From: a virus
Virus record (IMG/VR): IMGVR_UViG_3300028783_000001
Location: 1 to 64,000 of that record
DNA length: 64,000 nt
Reading direction: 5' to 3' (one strand)
Below, one piece after another: positions 38,962 through 48,407 of the stretch (position 1 is its first letter; the number at the start of each line of letters is the position of its first letter). Under the pieces are notes generated by a model. It saw only the letters and a list, made by a program, of their open reading frames with translations. It had not been told where the DNA came from and made no database searches. The position numbers and the translations under genes are program-made.

Positions 38962-40473
38962 ATGGCTACTAGAAAACCAAGAGCTGCCGCCGCCGCACTC
39001 GAGATACCGCTCTACTTTAGAGATGGCTCGCTTAGAGTTCTTTCTGCAGAAAGAATTTGTGAGAGGGATAGGCCCGAATTTTTGATGATCATGAGTGCCC
39101 TCGGTATCGCGCCGATGAGCTACGAGAGTGCACAGAAGCTAATGGGTAGCGACGAAGATTCTGATGATGCAGCCCACTATAAGTCTAAGCGGCGTAAGCC
39201 AAAGCAGGAAGCTACCCTCGGTGATATCCTTGCACGCGCCCTAAACTCTAGTGATGGTACAGGTTCGGGTGGTGTAGAAGACACGACCGCAATCGTCGTG
39301 GACATCGCAAACGCGGCGACTTCTAAGCCAGTCAAGGTTGAAAAGCCTAGCGCCTACTATCCCGTATATCGATTTCATCGTGAGGCAATAAACCTCTCAT
39401 ATAGCCATATGGAGATTCTTAACTGTAACTTCGTGAAAGACTTAATCGCAAACGGTACCTACCTAATCCATACTCATGACAGGTACATTCGCGCAACGAC
39501 TCTTGAGGAGATTTCCGACGTCGAGACGCTTACACGGCTATCGCAGAAGATCTTTGACTGCAACCGCAGCTTCGATATGAAGCGCTACGACTACCTCCGC
39601 ACGCTAGTGTTTACGAGCGTCGTGGTTGATGGGGTTCACTGTAACAAGCGTCCCTTGGAGCTGCCAGCTGGCTGGCGTATTATTCCTGCATCTGAGATTG
39701 GGGATAAGCACGCTGATGATGTCCTATACGTCAACGTGGGTGGTCGTACCCTCTACTTTGCTGGCCTCAGATCGCGTTCACAGGCCAGAGCCATGATTAC
39801 CGATATCGTGCTAAACCATAATATCAGGTCGGAAGAGTTTGCGGCCATATGGGCCGGTGAAACGCTAAAGTCGATAGCGGACGAGCTGGCGTCTGCCGTA
39901 TGGCGTAGGAAAGACTATCTGCAGAAGATGCAGATAGAGGTAATATCAGAATCGCGCCTCAAAAAGATGCACGACATGTTGAAGACGGGTGGTTCAGCAT
40001 GGGTTACCAGCATGGTCGAGCAGCTGATGAACGCCGGGTTTGCGAGCAGTAGGTTCGTAGCCGCCGGCATCATCATGACCACGGGGGACATGTACATAAA
40101 TATCGGCGATCACGAGACTGAGCGAGAGACTCGTTATATCGGAAAGTATGAGGTCATTCTGGGAATGTCCAAGTCGGTGGCAATTCGCAATATCGCCAGC
40201 CCACGGAAGGGAGTTAATCACCCGGTGTTCGACGACGACAATTGCCTCGGTGGGTTTGGTGAGATCCTCACGAGGTGCTTCAGGACCGACGACTACCTAA
40301 CGCTTGGCCTATCGATCCTGGCAATGATCCAGCACTTCAATCCAAGCTATCTGGAAAATTTCAAGGAGTGGCCTTCGGAGATTCCTGCCGAGACATACGT
40401 GTGTAAGATACACACGCTTTACGGTGAAAGCGTTGAAGATTATAGTGGTGATGAAGAGGAAGACGAGGGGTGA
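38962..40473 (+). CDS. large protein with putative C-terminal E2/UBC-like domain
   Basis: GKYEVIL...NHPVFDDDNCLGGFGEIL...LSILAMIQHFN; Cys codon 40243-40245; sits between Ubl and E1. Confidence 0.55.
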   Translation: MATRKPRAAAAALEIPLYFRDGSLRVLSAERICERDRPEFLMIMSALGIAPMSYESAQKLMGSDEDSDDAAHYKSKRRKPKQEATLGDILARALNSSDGTGSGGVEDTTAIVVDIANAATSKPVKVEKPSAYYPVYRFHREAINLSYSHMEILNCNFVKDLIANGTYLIHTHDRYIRATTLEEISDVETLTRLSQKIFDCNRSFDMKRYDYLRTLVFTSVVVDGVHCNKRPLELPAGWRIIPASEIGDKHADDVLYVNVGGRTLYFAGLRSRSQARAMITDIVLNHNIRSEEFAAIWAGETLKSIADELASAVWRRKDYLQKMQIEVISESRLKKMHDMLKTGGSAWVTSMVEQLMNAGFASSRFVAAGIIMTTGDMYINIGDHETERETRYIGKYEVILGMSKSVAIRNIASPRKGVNHPVFDDDNCLGGFGEILTRCFRTDDYLTLGLSILAMIQHFNPSYLENFKEWPSEIPAETYVCKIHTLYGESVEDYSGDEEEDEG

Positions 40474-40530
40474 TAGGGGCTCATGAGCCGTGTGGGACGT
40501 CCCACACGGCTAGACTCATAGGGAAACGAC

Positions 40531-41244
40531 ATGACATACGATCTTAGTAGGATTCGGCACGTGGTCGACGCTGACAAGTTTGATGGTGGGATAGCCGTCG
40601 TCGGCTGCGGTGCAATTGGTTCCCGTGTTGCTCACCTCTTATGCGACATGGGGTTTGGGGAAAAGTTGTGCCTCTATGATCCCGATGTGGTGGAGATGCA
40701 CAACTTGGCGTCGGCCACCTACGAGCTGTCTGATATTAGAACGTCAAGCCCTTACCCGAAGGTTGCCGCGCTTCGCTATCAACTGGAGCGCAAGTGGGGT
40801 GAGCCCATACGCTACTCAAATACGATGAGGATAACGCGTCGAGGCCAGTGTGGTCATAAAACGGTATTCACCTGCCTCGATAGTATGGCCGAGCGAAAGA
40901 AGGTGATGGGAACCGCTCTATTCCTTGATGGCCACGCGAAGTGGGTCTACGACGCCCGCATCACAGCTACGACTATCTTCGCCATCGGGTATGACATAAC
41001 GGACCCCAAGCAGCACCGCCATTACATGGAGGAGTTGTATGACGACCCGGATCCAGCGCAGGACGCTCAGATGGGCGGCTGCAATCAGAAAACGAGCGTT
41101 GCCTCGACGGCAGCCATCGCGGCCTCTCTCGTCGTGCAGCTGTTCATGAACCACGTGAACAAGGTCGACGGGCCAAATGAAATCGTCGTCTCATTACGTG
41201 ATTGGACGATGGATGCGCGTTTCTATGAAAAGACGCCTGAGTAA
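40531..41244 (+). CDS. E1/ThiF-family adenylyltransferase
   Basis: VVGCGAIGS, DPDVVEMHNL, KVAAL, CLDS, YDAR; candidate catalytic Cys in GGCNQ (41080-41082). Confidence 0.88.
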   Translation: MTYDLSRIRHVVDADKFDGGIAVVGCGAIGSRVAHLLCDMGFGEKLCLYDPDVVEMHNLASATYELSDIRTSSPYPKVAALRYQLERKWGEPIRYSNTMRITRRGQCGHKTVFTCLDSMAERKKVMGTALFLDGHAKWVYDARITATTIFAIGYDITDPKQHRHYMEELYDDPDPAQDAQMGGCNQKTSVASTAAIAASLVVQLFMNHVNKVDGPNEIVVSLRDWTMDARFYEKTPE

Positions 41245-41264
41245 ATAAGTAATAAGAGGTCGAA

Positions 41265-42266
41265 ATGAAACAGCCAATCCCATTCAAAGTTGGACGTTTC
41301 TATGTTTACGTCCAGTATCGTGATGCAGCCATGAGGACTCCCTTCTATGTTGGTAAGGGCAAAGATCGTCGGTGGGAATATCATGAATGGCGCGCGGCAT
41401 CGACCAAACACAGATCGCATCACTTGAACATCATCCGGCAGTTCCAGCGTGAGGGACTGCCGGTCCCCAAGAGGAAGGTCAAGACTGGTCTGACTGAGCA
41501 ACAGGCTTTTGATTTGGAGGTCATGCTGATCGCTAAGTACGGGATTGAGCGTGATGGTGGTTTATTAGTGAATGAATCGTATGGTGGCGATGGTGGAACT
41601 ACCGGATATGTGCATACGCGTAAATCGAGGAAAAAGATTGGTGCTGCATCAAAAGTGAATCATGCTAATCCAGCGACGAAGGCAAAGCATGCGGCATCAT
41701 CAAGAGCTGCCCACGCACGACCAGACGTAAAGGAAAAGCATCGTGCGGCGACTAAGGCAGCTCTTGCTCGACCAGAAGTAAAGAAGCGGCATATGGCGGG
41801 TAGCAAAGCAGTTATGTCGAGTGCTAAGATGCGAATTAGGACTGGCAGGGCTTCCAGAATTTCATGGGCACGACCAGAGGTTAAAGCCAAACGTCGTGCG
41901 ACTGATGCTTTACCAGAGACAAAACGAAGACGGAGCGAGGCGTCAAGAACTGCATTAGCACAACCTGGTGCAAGGAAAAAACAGCATGATGGGTTAGTGA
42001 AATGGTGGGCACGCAGGCGCGGTAAAAATAAGGAGAGACGCGATGAGAGACCTCAAGGAATGCCTGCAGGGCAACGTCACCTTTGTGGGGTATCGCAAAG
42101 GGATTCTTATATATACAAATGCTCCAATGGCTTTCTATTTGAAGTGCCGACCAGCGAAACAGGCGACGCCACCTTTCAGGCGACGGAGCGGGCTATGCTG
42201 CTCATGAATTGGATCAAGGCCGGCATCGCCTACATCGCGAAGCAGGGCGGCGAACTAAACGGGTAG
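41265..42266 (+). CDS. GIY-YIG-type homing endonuclease with basic repeats (3' end fused to another gene by frameshift)
   Basis: FYVY...FYVGKG..RR, E..LI..YG...LVN...GGDG; repeats ARPDVKEK/ARPEVKKR/ARPEVKAK. Confidence 0.8.
   Translation: MKQPIPFKVGRFYVYVQYRDAAMRTPFYVGKGKDRRWEYHEWRAASTKHRSHHLNIIRQFQREGLPVPKRKVKTGLTEQQAFDLEVMLIAKYGIERDGGLLVNESYGGDGGTTGYVHTRKSRKKIGAASKVNHANPATKAKHAASSRAAHARPDVKEKHRAATKAALARPEVKKRHMAGSKAVMSSAKMRIRTGRASRISWARPEVKAKRRATDALPETKRRRSEASRTALAQPGARKKQHDGLVKWWARRRGKNKERRDERPQGMPAGQRHLCGVSQRDSYIYKCSNGFLFEVPTSETGDATFQATERAMLLMNWIKAGIAYIAKQGGELNG
42043..42266 (+). pseudogene. small phage gene broken by a +2 TA slip
   Basis: AAGGAG RBS, MRDLKECLQGNVTFVGYRKGILI continues as YKCSNGFLFEVP...WIK only if one TA is removed from CTTATATATAC (~42106-42116). 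Confidence 0.6.
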
Positions 42267-42275
42267 GAGGATGCT

Positions 42276-44106
42276 ATGAGAGAAGATGTAACCGATGCGA
42301 TCTCCAAGGTCGCAAGCGCCTTCGAGGACGGACTGGATGCGGCCAAGAAGGATGCGAGAGGCGATTACTCGTACTACGAAGGCCCGATGGTCGCTGCAAG
42401 ACTTAAGTTTAGGGACGCGCTCGCCGAACTGGTGGAGGCGATTCTAGGGGAGGAGTGATGGAAAACGTACGAGACGTGATACAGCCACGGGAGCTGGAAA
42501 ATGATGTGGACAGCTACTGGAAGTCAATGTCAGCACGAGACACTGATGACATGTTCTCCTTGGCTTACCAATGGCAGGATAAGCCACACCGCCACGTGTA
42601 CAACCTGATCGCCTACATTCTGTGGCTGGAAGCAAAGCTTGGTATCGGGTTGATGGAAGAGCACGACCCGACGCTCAGGAGTCCAACAGAGGATGAGCTG
42701 CAATGAGCGAGATCGTAGACAGGCTGTTGGCTGCGTGCCACGGACATCCCAACGCGGAGATACCATGGCCGCACCGGCCACTACACAGGGCTCGCGAGGA
42801 GATTGAGCGGCTGGAGGGAATCAATGAGACGCATCGTCGTGCGCAGGGATACCTATACGTCGGAATTGACGGCAAGGTGGTAAAGGCGCGTGACCTGGAG
42901 GATGCGCTAATTGAAGCCCGCGCTCGGATCGCTGAACTAGAAGCCAGGCTTGTAGGCATGCAGACGGGGATTCGCTTATATTCGCGAGATAAGCTAGAGG
43001 AAATCCTGGCTTGCACTGAAAGGTGCATATCACGAGAGGCTGAGTTATGAAGATTACACCAGAGATGATTAGCGAGATGGTCCAAGTGCTTCGTCTTATA
43101 GACGAAGGATTCCTTGTGCAAAAGCCCTTTCGTGAGAGGGCGTTGGAGACGGCAAAGGAGTTGCAAAAGCTGATATCGTGGAGCGACAACGCTACGGTAA
43201 TCGACCTTGAGGATTCTCCGGTGGACCCGTTGTCCGACCCACCAACCTACGACGACGTGTATATCACCACCGAGTATCGCAAGCGAATGGCGCTGAAGGA
43301 TTTGCCATACGGCTATCGCGTCACGTGCGACGTTCATTCGGGTTGGCAGGTATGGCTAACTGGTCCTTATGATAACCAGCTAATCGGCGGTGAGCATGCG
43401 GCATTTAACAAGGGAATCCGCATCGATGTATATGGCTTTGTCATATGCGACTCGCTGAGGGAGAAGAGCGATGGGTGAGATTGTGTTTATCAACGGCAAA
43501 CATAAGGGTCACGCATGACGGATGACCAGCTTGGTGTAATACTCTGGGCTTTGATTGTCGTGCTAGTTGCGCTTCCGTGCAAGTATGACCCGGAAATTCG
43601 CCTCAAGGAGTGGGTAACGAAAAGGAGCAAGCAATGACAATTACAAAATGGGAATACACGTATTGCCATCAAGATCAATTATCGGAATATGGTAGCCGTG
43701 GGTGGGAGGGCTACTCGCGAGACTCCAACTGCATCTATCTCAAACGTCCGATCCAGGGGGCATAGGGCTCGACTACATCGACCTTCACGTCAAGCCCGAA
43801 GAGGCGACCGCCATTCGCAAGGCCCTGCTAACCACAGGTTGGGGTTCGGAGTTTGTAACGCACTGGCCCAATACCGGCCTGACGCAGTATCGATTAACGC
43901 GCCTGCCGCAGATGGCGCAGGCATACAATGAAGGGGCGATCAAGATGACGACCAAGACGGAAACTACGAGTGCAACAACAAAGCTGTGCAACACGGTTGA
44001 CATCGTCTCTGCGATGATAGCAGCTGGCTGGATTCATTCAAATACGACAAACGACCATGTCTCTGGTACTCAGACAACCTACTTCGTACGTGTGGTGCCG
44101 GCATGA
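42276..44106 (+). other. run of small hypothetical genes (42276-42458, 42455-42706, 42703-43050, 43047-43478, 43702-44106)
   Basis: Overlapping start/stop codons and RBSs. Confidence 0.55.
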
Positions 44107-44909
44107 AATTCTTGATGGTCAACCCATCATACTTCGACGTCACGTATTCGATTAACCGGTGGATGCCAGACAACATCGGTCGCGTCGACACCGTAGAATC
44201 CGTATCGCAGTGGATGAAACTGCACGACTTCATAAGCAGCCACGCCGAGGTTACGACAATCCCCGGCGAACAGGGACTACCTGACATGGTGTTCAGCGCC
44301 AACGCTGGATTCGTCTTAGACGGTCTTGCCACAGTGTCAAACTTCAAGTGCGTGGAGCGGGAACGTGAGGAGGGATTCTTCGCAAACTGGTTCAGTAACA
44401 ACGTTGACTGTGCGATGCACATGCGCGTTCCATTCGAGGGAGCCGGTGACGCCCTGTGGGATGAATACAGTCGTTTAACGTGGTGCGGATACGGGTTTCG
44501 CTCCGACGCGCTCGCACGGACAATACTAGGTACGCGATACGGAATTAATGTTGTGTCACTCGGTCTCATAGATCCACGCTTCTATCACCTCGACACCTGC
44601 CTGTGTCCGCTATCGTCTGGGCATGTAGTCTACTATCCTGGTGCCTTTGATGCGCCGTCTCTTCTAGAGATTCGTGAGCGCGTCGAACCCTCGATGAGAA
44701 TTGAAGTCTACGAGCATGAGGCTCGCAACTTCGCATGCAATGGCGTCGAGGTGGGTGGTTACTACGTTGCCCACCGGCTATCGGATAGCCTACAGCGCCG
44801 GCTGTGCGACGCGGGCTATAAACCAATCGAACTTGAGCTGGGAGAGTTTATGAAGTCTGGGGGTTCAGCGAAGTGTCTGACCCTGCGTCTTGACTACGTT
44901 AGTGCGTGA
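44103..44909 (+). CDS. amidinotransferase / dimethylargininase-family guanidino-modifying enzyme
   Basis: LPDMVFSANAG, FEGAGD, FYHLDT, GGSAKC. Confidence 0.88.
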   Translation: MKFLMVNPSYFDVTYSINRWMPDNIGRVDTVESVSQWMKLHDFISSHAEVTTIPGEQGLPDMVFSANAGFVLDGLATVSNFKCVEREREEGFFANWFSNNVDCAMHMRVPFEGAGDALWDEYSRLTWCGYGFRSDALARTILGTRYGINVVSLGLIDPRFYHLDTCLCPLSSGHVVYYPGAFDAPSLLEIRERVEPSMRIEVYEHEARNFACNGVEVGGYYVAHRLSDSLQRRLCDAGYKPIELELGEFMKSGGSAKCLTLRLDYVSA

Positions 44910-44936
44910 GTAAATAAGAAGCGAAGGGAGACCATC

Positions 44937-45233
44937 ATGAGTGATTCCGAATACCAGGTTGGTGGCGAGGTTACAATCCGAGCCACGATTCGTCAGGTCG
45001 ATAATGGTACAGATGAGCCAATCCGTATTGATCACGGGGGTTGGATTCTGGCCAAAGATATCGTCTCTTACACGCCCGCACCAAAACCGTTTAGGCACGG
45101 CGACCCAGTAATCGCCGACGGCACAGAGCACTATGAGTTCATCGAACTTCGTGACGACCTCGCCATCCTGTGGTCACCTGCGAGAAGGGTGGCACAACAG
45201 TACCACATTACGCGGATCAAGCACAAGGGTTAG
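44937..45233 (+). CDS. hypothetical protein
   Basis: GGGAG RBS after TGAGTAAATA. Confidence 0.55.
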   Translation: MSDSEYQVGGEVTIRATIRQVDNGTDEPIRIDHGGWILAKDIVSYTPAPKPFRHGDPVIADGTEHYEFIELRDDLAILWSPARRVAQQYHITRIKHKG

Positions 45234-45238
45234 TGGTA

Positions 45239-45661
45239 ATGAAACAGACTGATGATGTTCGCCACCTAATTCGTGAACTGCGCAGCGCGTCGTGGCGCAA
45301 GAAGCCATCGGGATTTACGATGCGCAGATCAGCATCCATGCTGGAGACGCTGCACGACGAGCTGAGCTTTGGAGACCGCTACGCAGGAGACTGTGACGCC
45401 GGACAGCAGGCATTCTATGAGGATCAGATAACAAACCTTGAGGAGCAGGTTGAAGGAATAAGTGTTGATAATCTCCGCTTAGAGAAGCAGCTAGAGCATC
45501 GATTGAAGGAGATTGACGACCTAAACGCGATCATCGCAGCAAACTCGAAGGTCTACAATGAGAGCCTACTTCGTCTGGAGAATAGGGTAGCAGAGCTTCA
45601 CGGCCAGTTAACCGCATCAATCGTAGCTCACATCGACACAAAACTTGGAGACTCCACATGA
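45239..45661 (+). CDS. coiled-coil hypothetical protein
   Basis: Heptad pattern in C-terminal half. Confidence 0.5.
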   Translation: MKQTDDVRHLIRELRSASWRKKPSGFTMRRSASMLETLHDELSFGDRYAGDCDAGQQAFYEDQITNLEEQVEGISVDNLRLEKQLEHRLKEIDDLNAIIAANSKVYNESLLRLENRVAELHGQLTASIVAHIDTKLGDST

Positions 45662-46497
45662 CCCTATCAATCAACCACCTAACGATCATGATGAACCGCG
45701 CCGTCGACATGCTGACGGTGGAGCTGGGTGAAGGGCGGCTCGTCGTCGCCAAGGAATCGTCAGATGAAGGTTTCGATGACAAGGACGTTGGTGCAGAGGA
45801 TGCTTACCGTCCACTAGATATCGACGATGATACCTTGGTTAACTGCGGACCTATCGCCGTCGCCATCGAGGCGGTGATGGATACCATGCTAAACCTCCTG
45901 GGGACAAACTCTCACGAGAAGCGCCTCATGGTTGCCGGAACGCTACTCGCATCTGTGGCGGTAGAGGCTACTGCGCCAGTAGATGGTGGTGGCGACTTCA
46001 GGACGTCGGCCTACAATCTCGGTGAGATTGATCCAAACAACGTGTTTGATAAGTCTTGCATCCTGGGCGTCGCCGCCCTAACGGTGGGAATCGCCAAGGG
46101 CATCGGTGACCTCATGGATAACAACGAGGAGTTGGAAGACGATCTGGACGCAGAAGGCCGCTCACTAGATGATCCCGACTACGACCACCGCGGTGGGGAG
46201 CTCATCGAGGATGAGGATGAAGATGAAGATCTGCGGGCGTTTCAGGCAGCTTCGGCCGACTGGGATGCTAAGAATGAGTTGCCTCCTGGTGGACACGATG
46301 GGCTAAGCATCGACGAGTGGATCGCTCGTGGCGGCTCAGAAGAATATGAGGACGATGGTAACCAGGTTGACGACGAGATGATCTGGGATCATACTCCCGG
46401 TAAGTTCTTTGCACCGGCGGGAGCACCACGCGGCGTGCTCGCACCTGAAACCGGAGCCGAGCATACGATATCGATGGACGACATTCCAACCAAATGA
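45658..46497 (+). CDS. highly acidic hypothetical protein
   Basis: D/E-rich throughout, EDEDEDED run. Confidence 0.6.
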   Translation: MTLSINHLTIMMNRAVDMLTVELGEGRLVVAKESSDEGFDDKDVGAEDAYRPLDIDDDTLVNCGPIAVAIEAVMDTMLNLLGTNSHEKRLMVAGTLLASVAVEATAPVDGGGDFRTSAYNLGEIDPNNVFDKSCILGVAALTVGIAKGIGDLMDNNEELEDDLDAEGRSLDDPDYDHRGGELIEDEDEDEDLRAFQAASADWDAKNELPPGGHDGLSIDEWIARGGSEEYEDDGNQVDDEMIWDHTPGKFFAPAGAPRGVLAPETGAEHTISMDDIPTK

Positions 46498-47003
46498 TGG
46501 AGGCCGCAATGGAGTTTGGTTATGTGCCGCGACTAAGGTTTAATAGCAGCGACCTCGTCGGTGTCAAGGTACTGAATGGTGAGGAAGACCGGCGCAAGCG
46601 TTCGTGTATTGGATTCGAGTGGACGTTGAGCTGCGTGCGTGGAGTCTTGCCTGCTGGCGCAAGACTCCAAACCTATACCGCTCCATGGCGTCGTGGTTTT
46701 AGGCCACGCAAACCGAAGCCAGTAAAGCAGGATACTCAGAAGTCGCTTAGGGCGGCTCCACTAGATAGACCTATTCGCCCAACGGTGGTTAAGCAGCGTG
46801 CCCCAACATGCGTTCGTTATGCCGTTCCAGTAGACGGTGGGTGCGTCTATGCCGAGGCGCACAAGCTGCGTAGGTTTCAGTTTAATCCTGAAACCGGACT
46901 GAGGGAGGTAGCTAAGTGGGCTCGCTCGCGCGGCTCTAAGTGGGAGGTGTCGCTGACCAAGGGCGACGACTCGAAAGAGATTCACTACAAGTATGGAGAG
47001 TGA
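46494..47003 (+). CDS. basic hypothetical protein
   Basis: GGAGG RBS; R/K-rich. Confidence 0.55.
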   Translation: MMEAAMEFGYVPRLRFNSSDLVGVKVLNGEEDRRKRSCIGFEWTLSCVRGVLPAGARLQTYTAPWRRGFRPRKPKPVKQDTQKSLRAAPLDRPIRPTVVKQRAPTCVRYAVPVDGGCVYAEAHKLRRFQFNPETGLREVAKWARSRGSKWEVSLTKGDDSKEIHYKYGE

Positions 47004-47004
47004 C

Positions 47005-47331
47005 ATGGCAAACGAGAACACGGTAAGGGTGCTAGACATCGACGTCGCCCACGACCTAGACGAAGATGAATCCGAGGTCATCGTCTTGCTGGGACGCCTC
47101 CTGGGAACAGGTACCTTCGACCACGAAAATGAAGCGGAAGATGAGCTCAGCTTCTACGACTTCGTTCCTGCTGATGGAGTCCCACTGCCAGCGGGCTACC
47201 TAACTATTAACCTCGACTCTGGGGAGATGCGCGTTGACCTACGCCGGCAGGTCAAGCTGTTTCAAGACGCCGTTGACATGCTCAAGGACCTGCCGAGGTA
47301 TGTGCCTGTGCAAAACGACAATGGAAACTGA
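47005..47331 (+). CDS. small acidic protein
   Basis: GGAG RBS; MANENTV... Confidence 0.55.
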   Translation: MANENTVRVLDIDVAHDLDEDESEVIVLLGRLLGTGTFDHENEAEDELSFYDFVPADGVPLPAGYLTINLDSGEMRVDLRRQVKLFQDAVDMLKDLPRYVPVQNDNGN

Positions 47332-47492
47332 TTGGTGAGTAAATAAGGGAGTGGCCAGCAAGACGGCCCTCCCTTTTTCTGTATCTGGAGATGGCCTTAA
47401 TGAAATTCGGTCTAATTGGCGACTTGCATTTGGGAAAGCTCGATAAGCTGATGGGCCAAGGCGTTGGCCTACGCCGGCAGGTCAAGCTGTTT
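47231..47492 (+). repeat. 32-nt near-perfect direct repeat (47231-47262 and 47461-47492)
   Basis: GCGTTG[A/G]CCTACGCCGGCAGGTCAAGCTGTTT. Confidence 0.9.
47345..47378 (+). terminator. stem-loop with T tract following TGAGTAAATA
   Basis: AAGGGAG(T)GGCC...GGCC-CTCCCTTTTT. Confidence 0.6.
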
Positions 47493-48407
47493 AAGACCCA
47501 GATTGGAATGCTTCAAGCGCGAGGCATACGTCACGCCGTGTTGCTCGGTGATCTATACGACGACCCCTACCCCACGCAGGAGCTTCTGATCACCCTGCTA
47601 AAGCTGCTATCTGATAGTAGCATGAGCTTCCTTGTCTATCATGGTAATCACGATTGGGATGACGCCGAACACAACTCGCTCAAGCTTCTGCGGGAGCTAC
47701 CGTCGGCGGGAGCCCTCACAAACGTGACCTTCATATCGACTCCGCAGGTGGTTGAGTGGTGCGGCATGCGCCTGTTTGTTATGCCGTGGGCTCCTCGTTA
47801 TGCTCCCATCAAGGAGCGCGTCGACCTAGTTTTGTTTCACGGCGACTTGATTGGTGCCAAGCGTGACACGGGCATGGTGATTCCAGACGGTGAGGGAATC
47901 CCACGCTCATTCTTCCGAGGAATGCCAGCCGTGTCAGGTCACCTTCACTCTCCTCAGCGGATCGGCAATATCTACTTCCCAGGAACAGCTGCACAGCTGT
48001 CGTTTGGTGAGCGACCGGAGAAGCGTATCTGGTTTGGCGAAAAGACGAGCGCTGGTGTGCGCCTCACAAACGTCGCGTTTGAACCACCTTGGCGTTTGGA
48101 AACTGCCGTCTACAATGAGGATGATCCACCAGCCTGCGACGTTCCCGGCACGCTATACAGCCTAGACATCTCCAAGGGGCGTCCTGGTCCACGTTGGCTC
48201 GAAAGCCACCCCCTCGTGAAGAAGACGAAGGGCAGCGACCGTAAGATTCAGGCAGCGTTGACTGAGAAGGTGGCTGAGCTTACGACTGCGCCAGTTGGCG
48301 ATGCGAGCGACCGTGAACTACTGCTCAAGTGGCTTCGCCTCAATACCTCTCTTGACAAGGTTCAGCGAGCGCGTGGAGTAAAAATAGATCGGGAGCTAGG
48401 AGCATGA
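47391..48407 (+). CDS. Mre11/SbcD-like metallophosphoesterase nuclease
   Basis: GDLHLG, LGDLYD, GNHD, FHG, SGHLH, PGT...SFGE. Confidence 0.85.
   Translation: MALMKFGLIGDLHLGKLDKLMGQGVGLRRQVKLFKTQIGMLQARGIRHAVLLGDLYDDPYPTQELLITLLKLLSDSSMSFLVYHGNHDWDDAEHNSLKLLRELPSAGALTNVTFISTPQVVEWCGMRLFVMPWAPRYAPIKERVDLVLFHGDLIGAKRDTGMVIPDGEGIPRSFFRGMPAVSGHLHSPQRIGNIYFPGTAAQLSFGERPEKRIWFGEKTSAGVRLTNVAFEPPWRLETAVYNEDDPPACDVPGTLYSLDISKGRPGPRWLESHPLVKKTKGSDRKIQAALTEKVAELTTAPVGDASDRELLLKWLRLNTSLDKVQRARGVKIDRELGA

Noticed and set aside
40531-41244. ThiF/MoeB of thiamine or molybdopterin biosynthesis
   Set aside because: No thiG, thiS-type GG carrier or moa genes; lacks CxxC Zn motifs; an E2-like neighbour fits conjugation better
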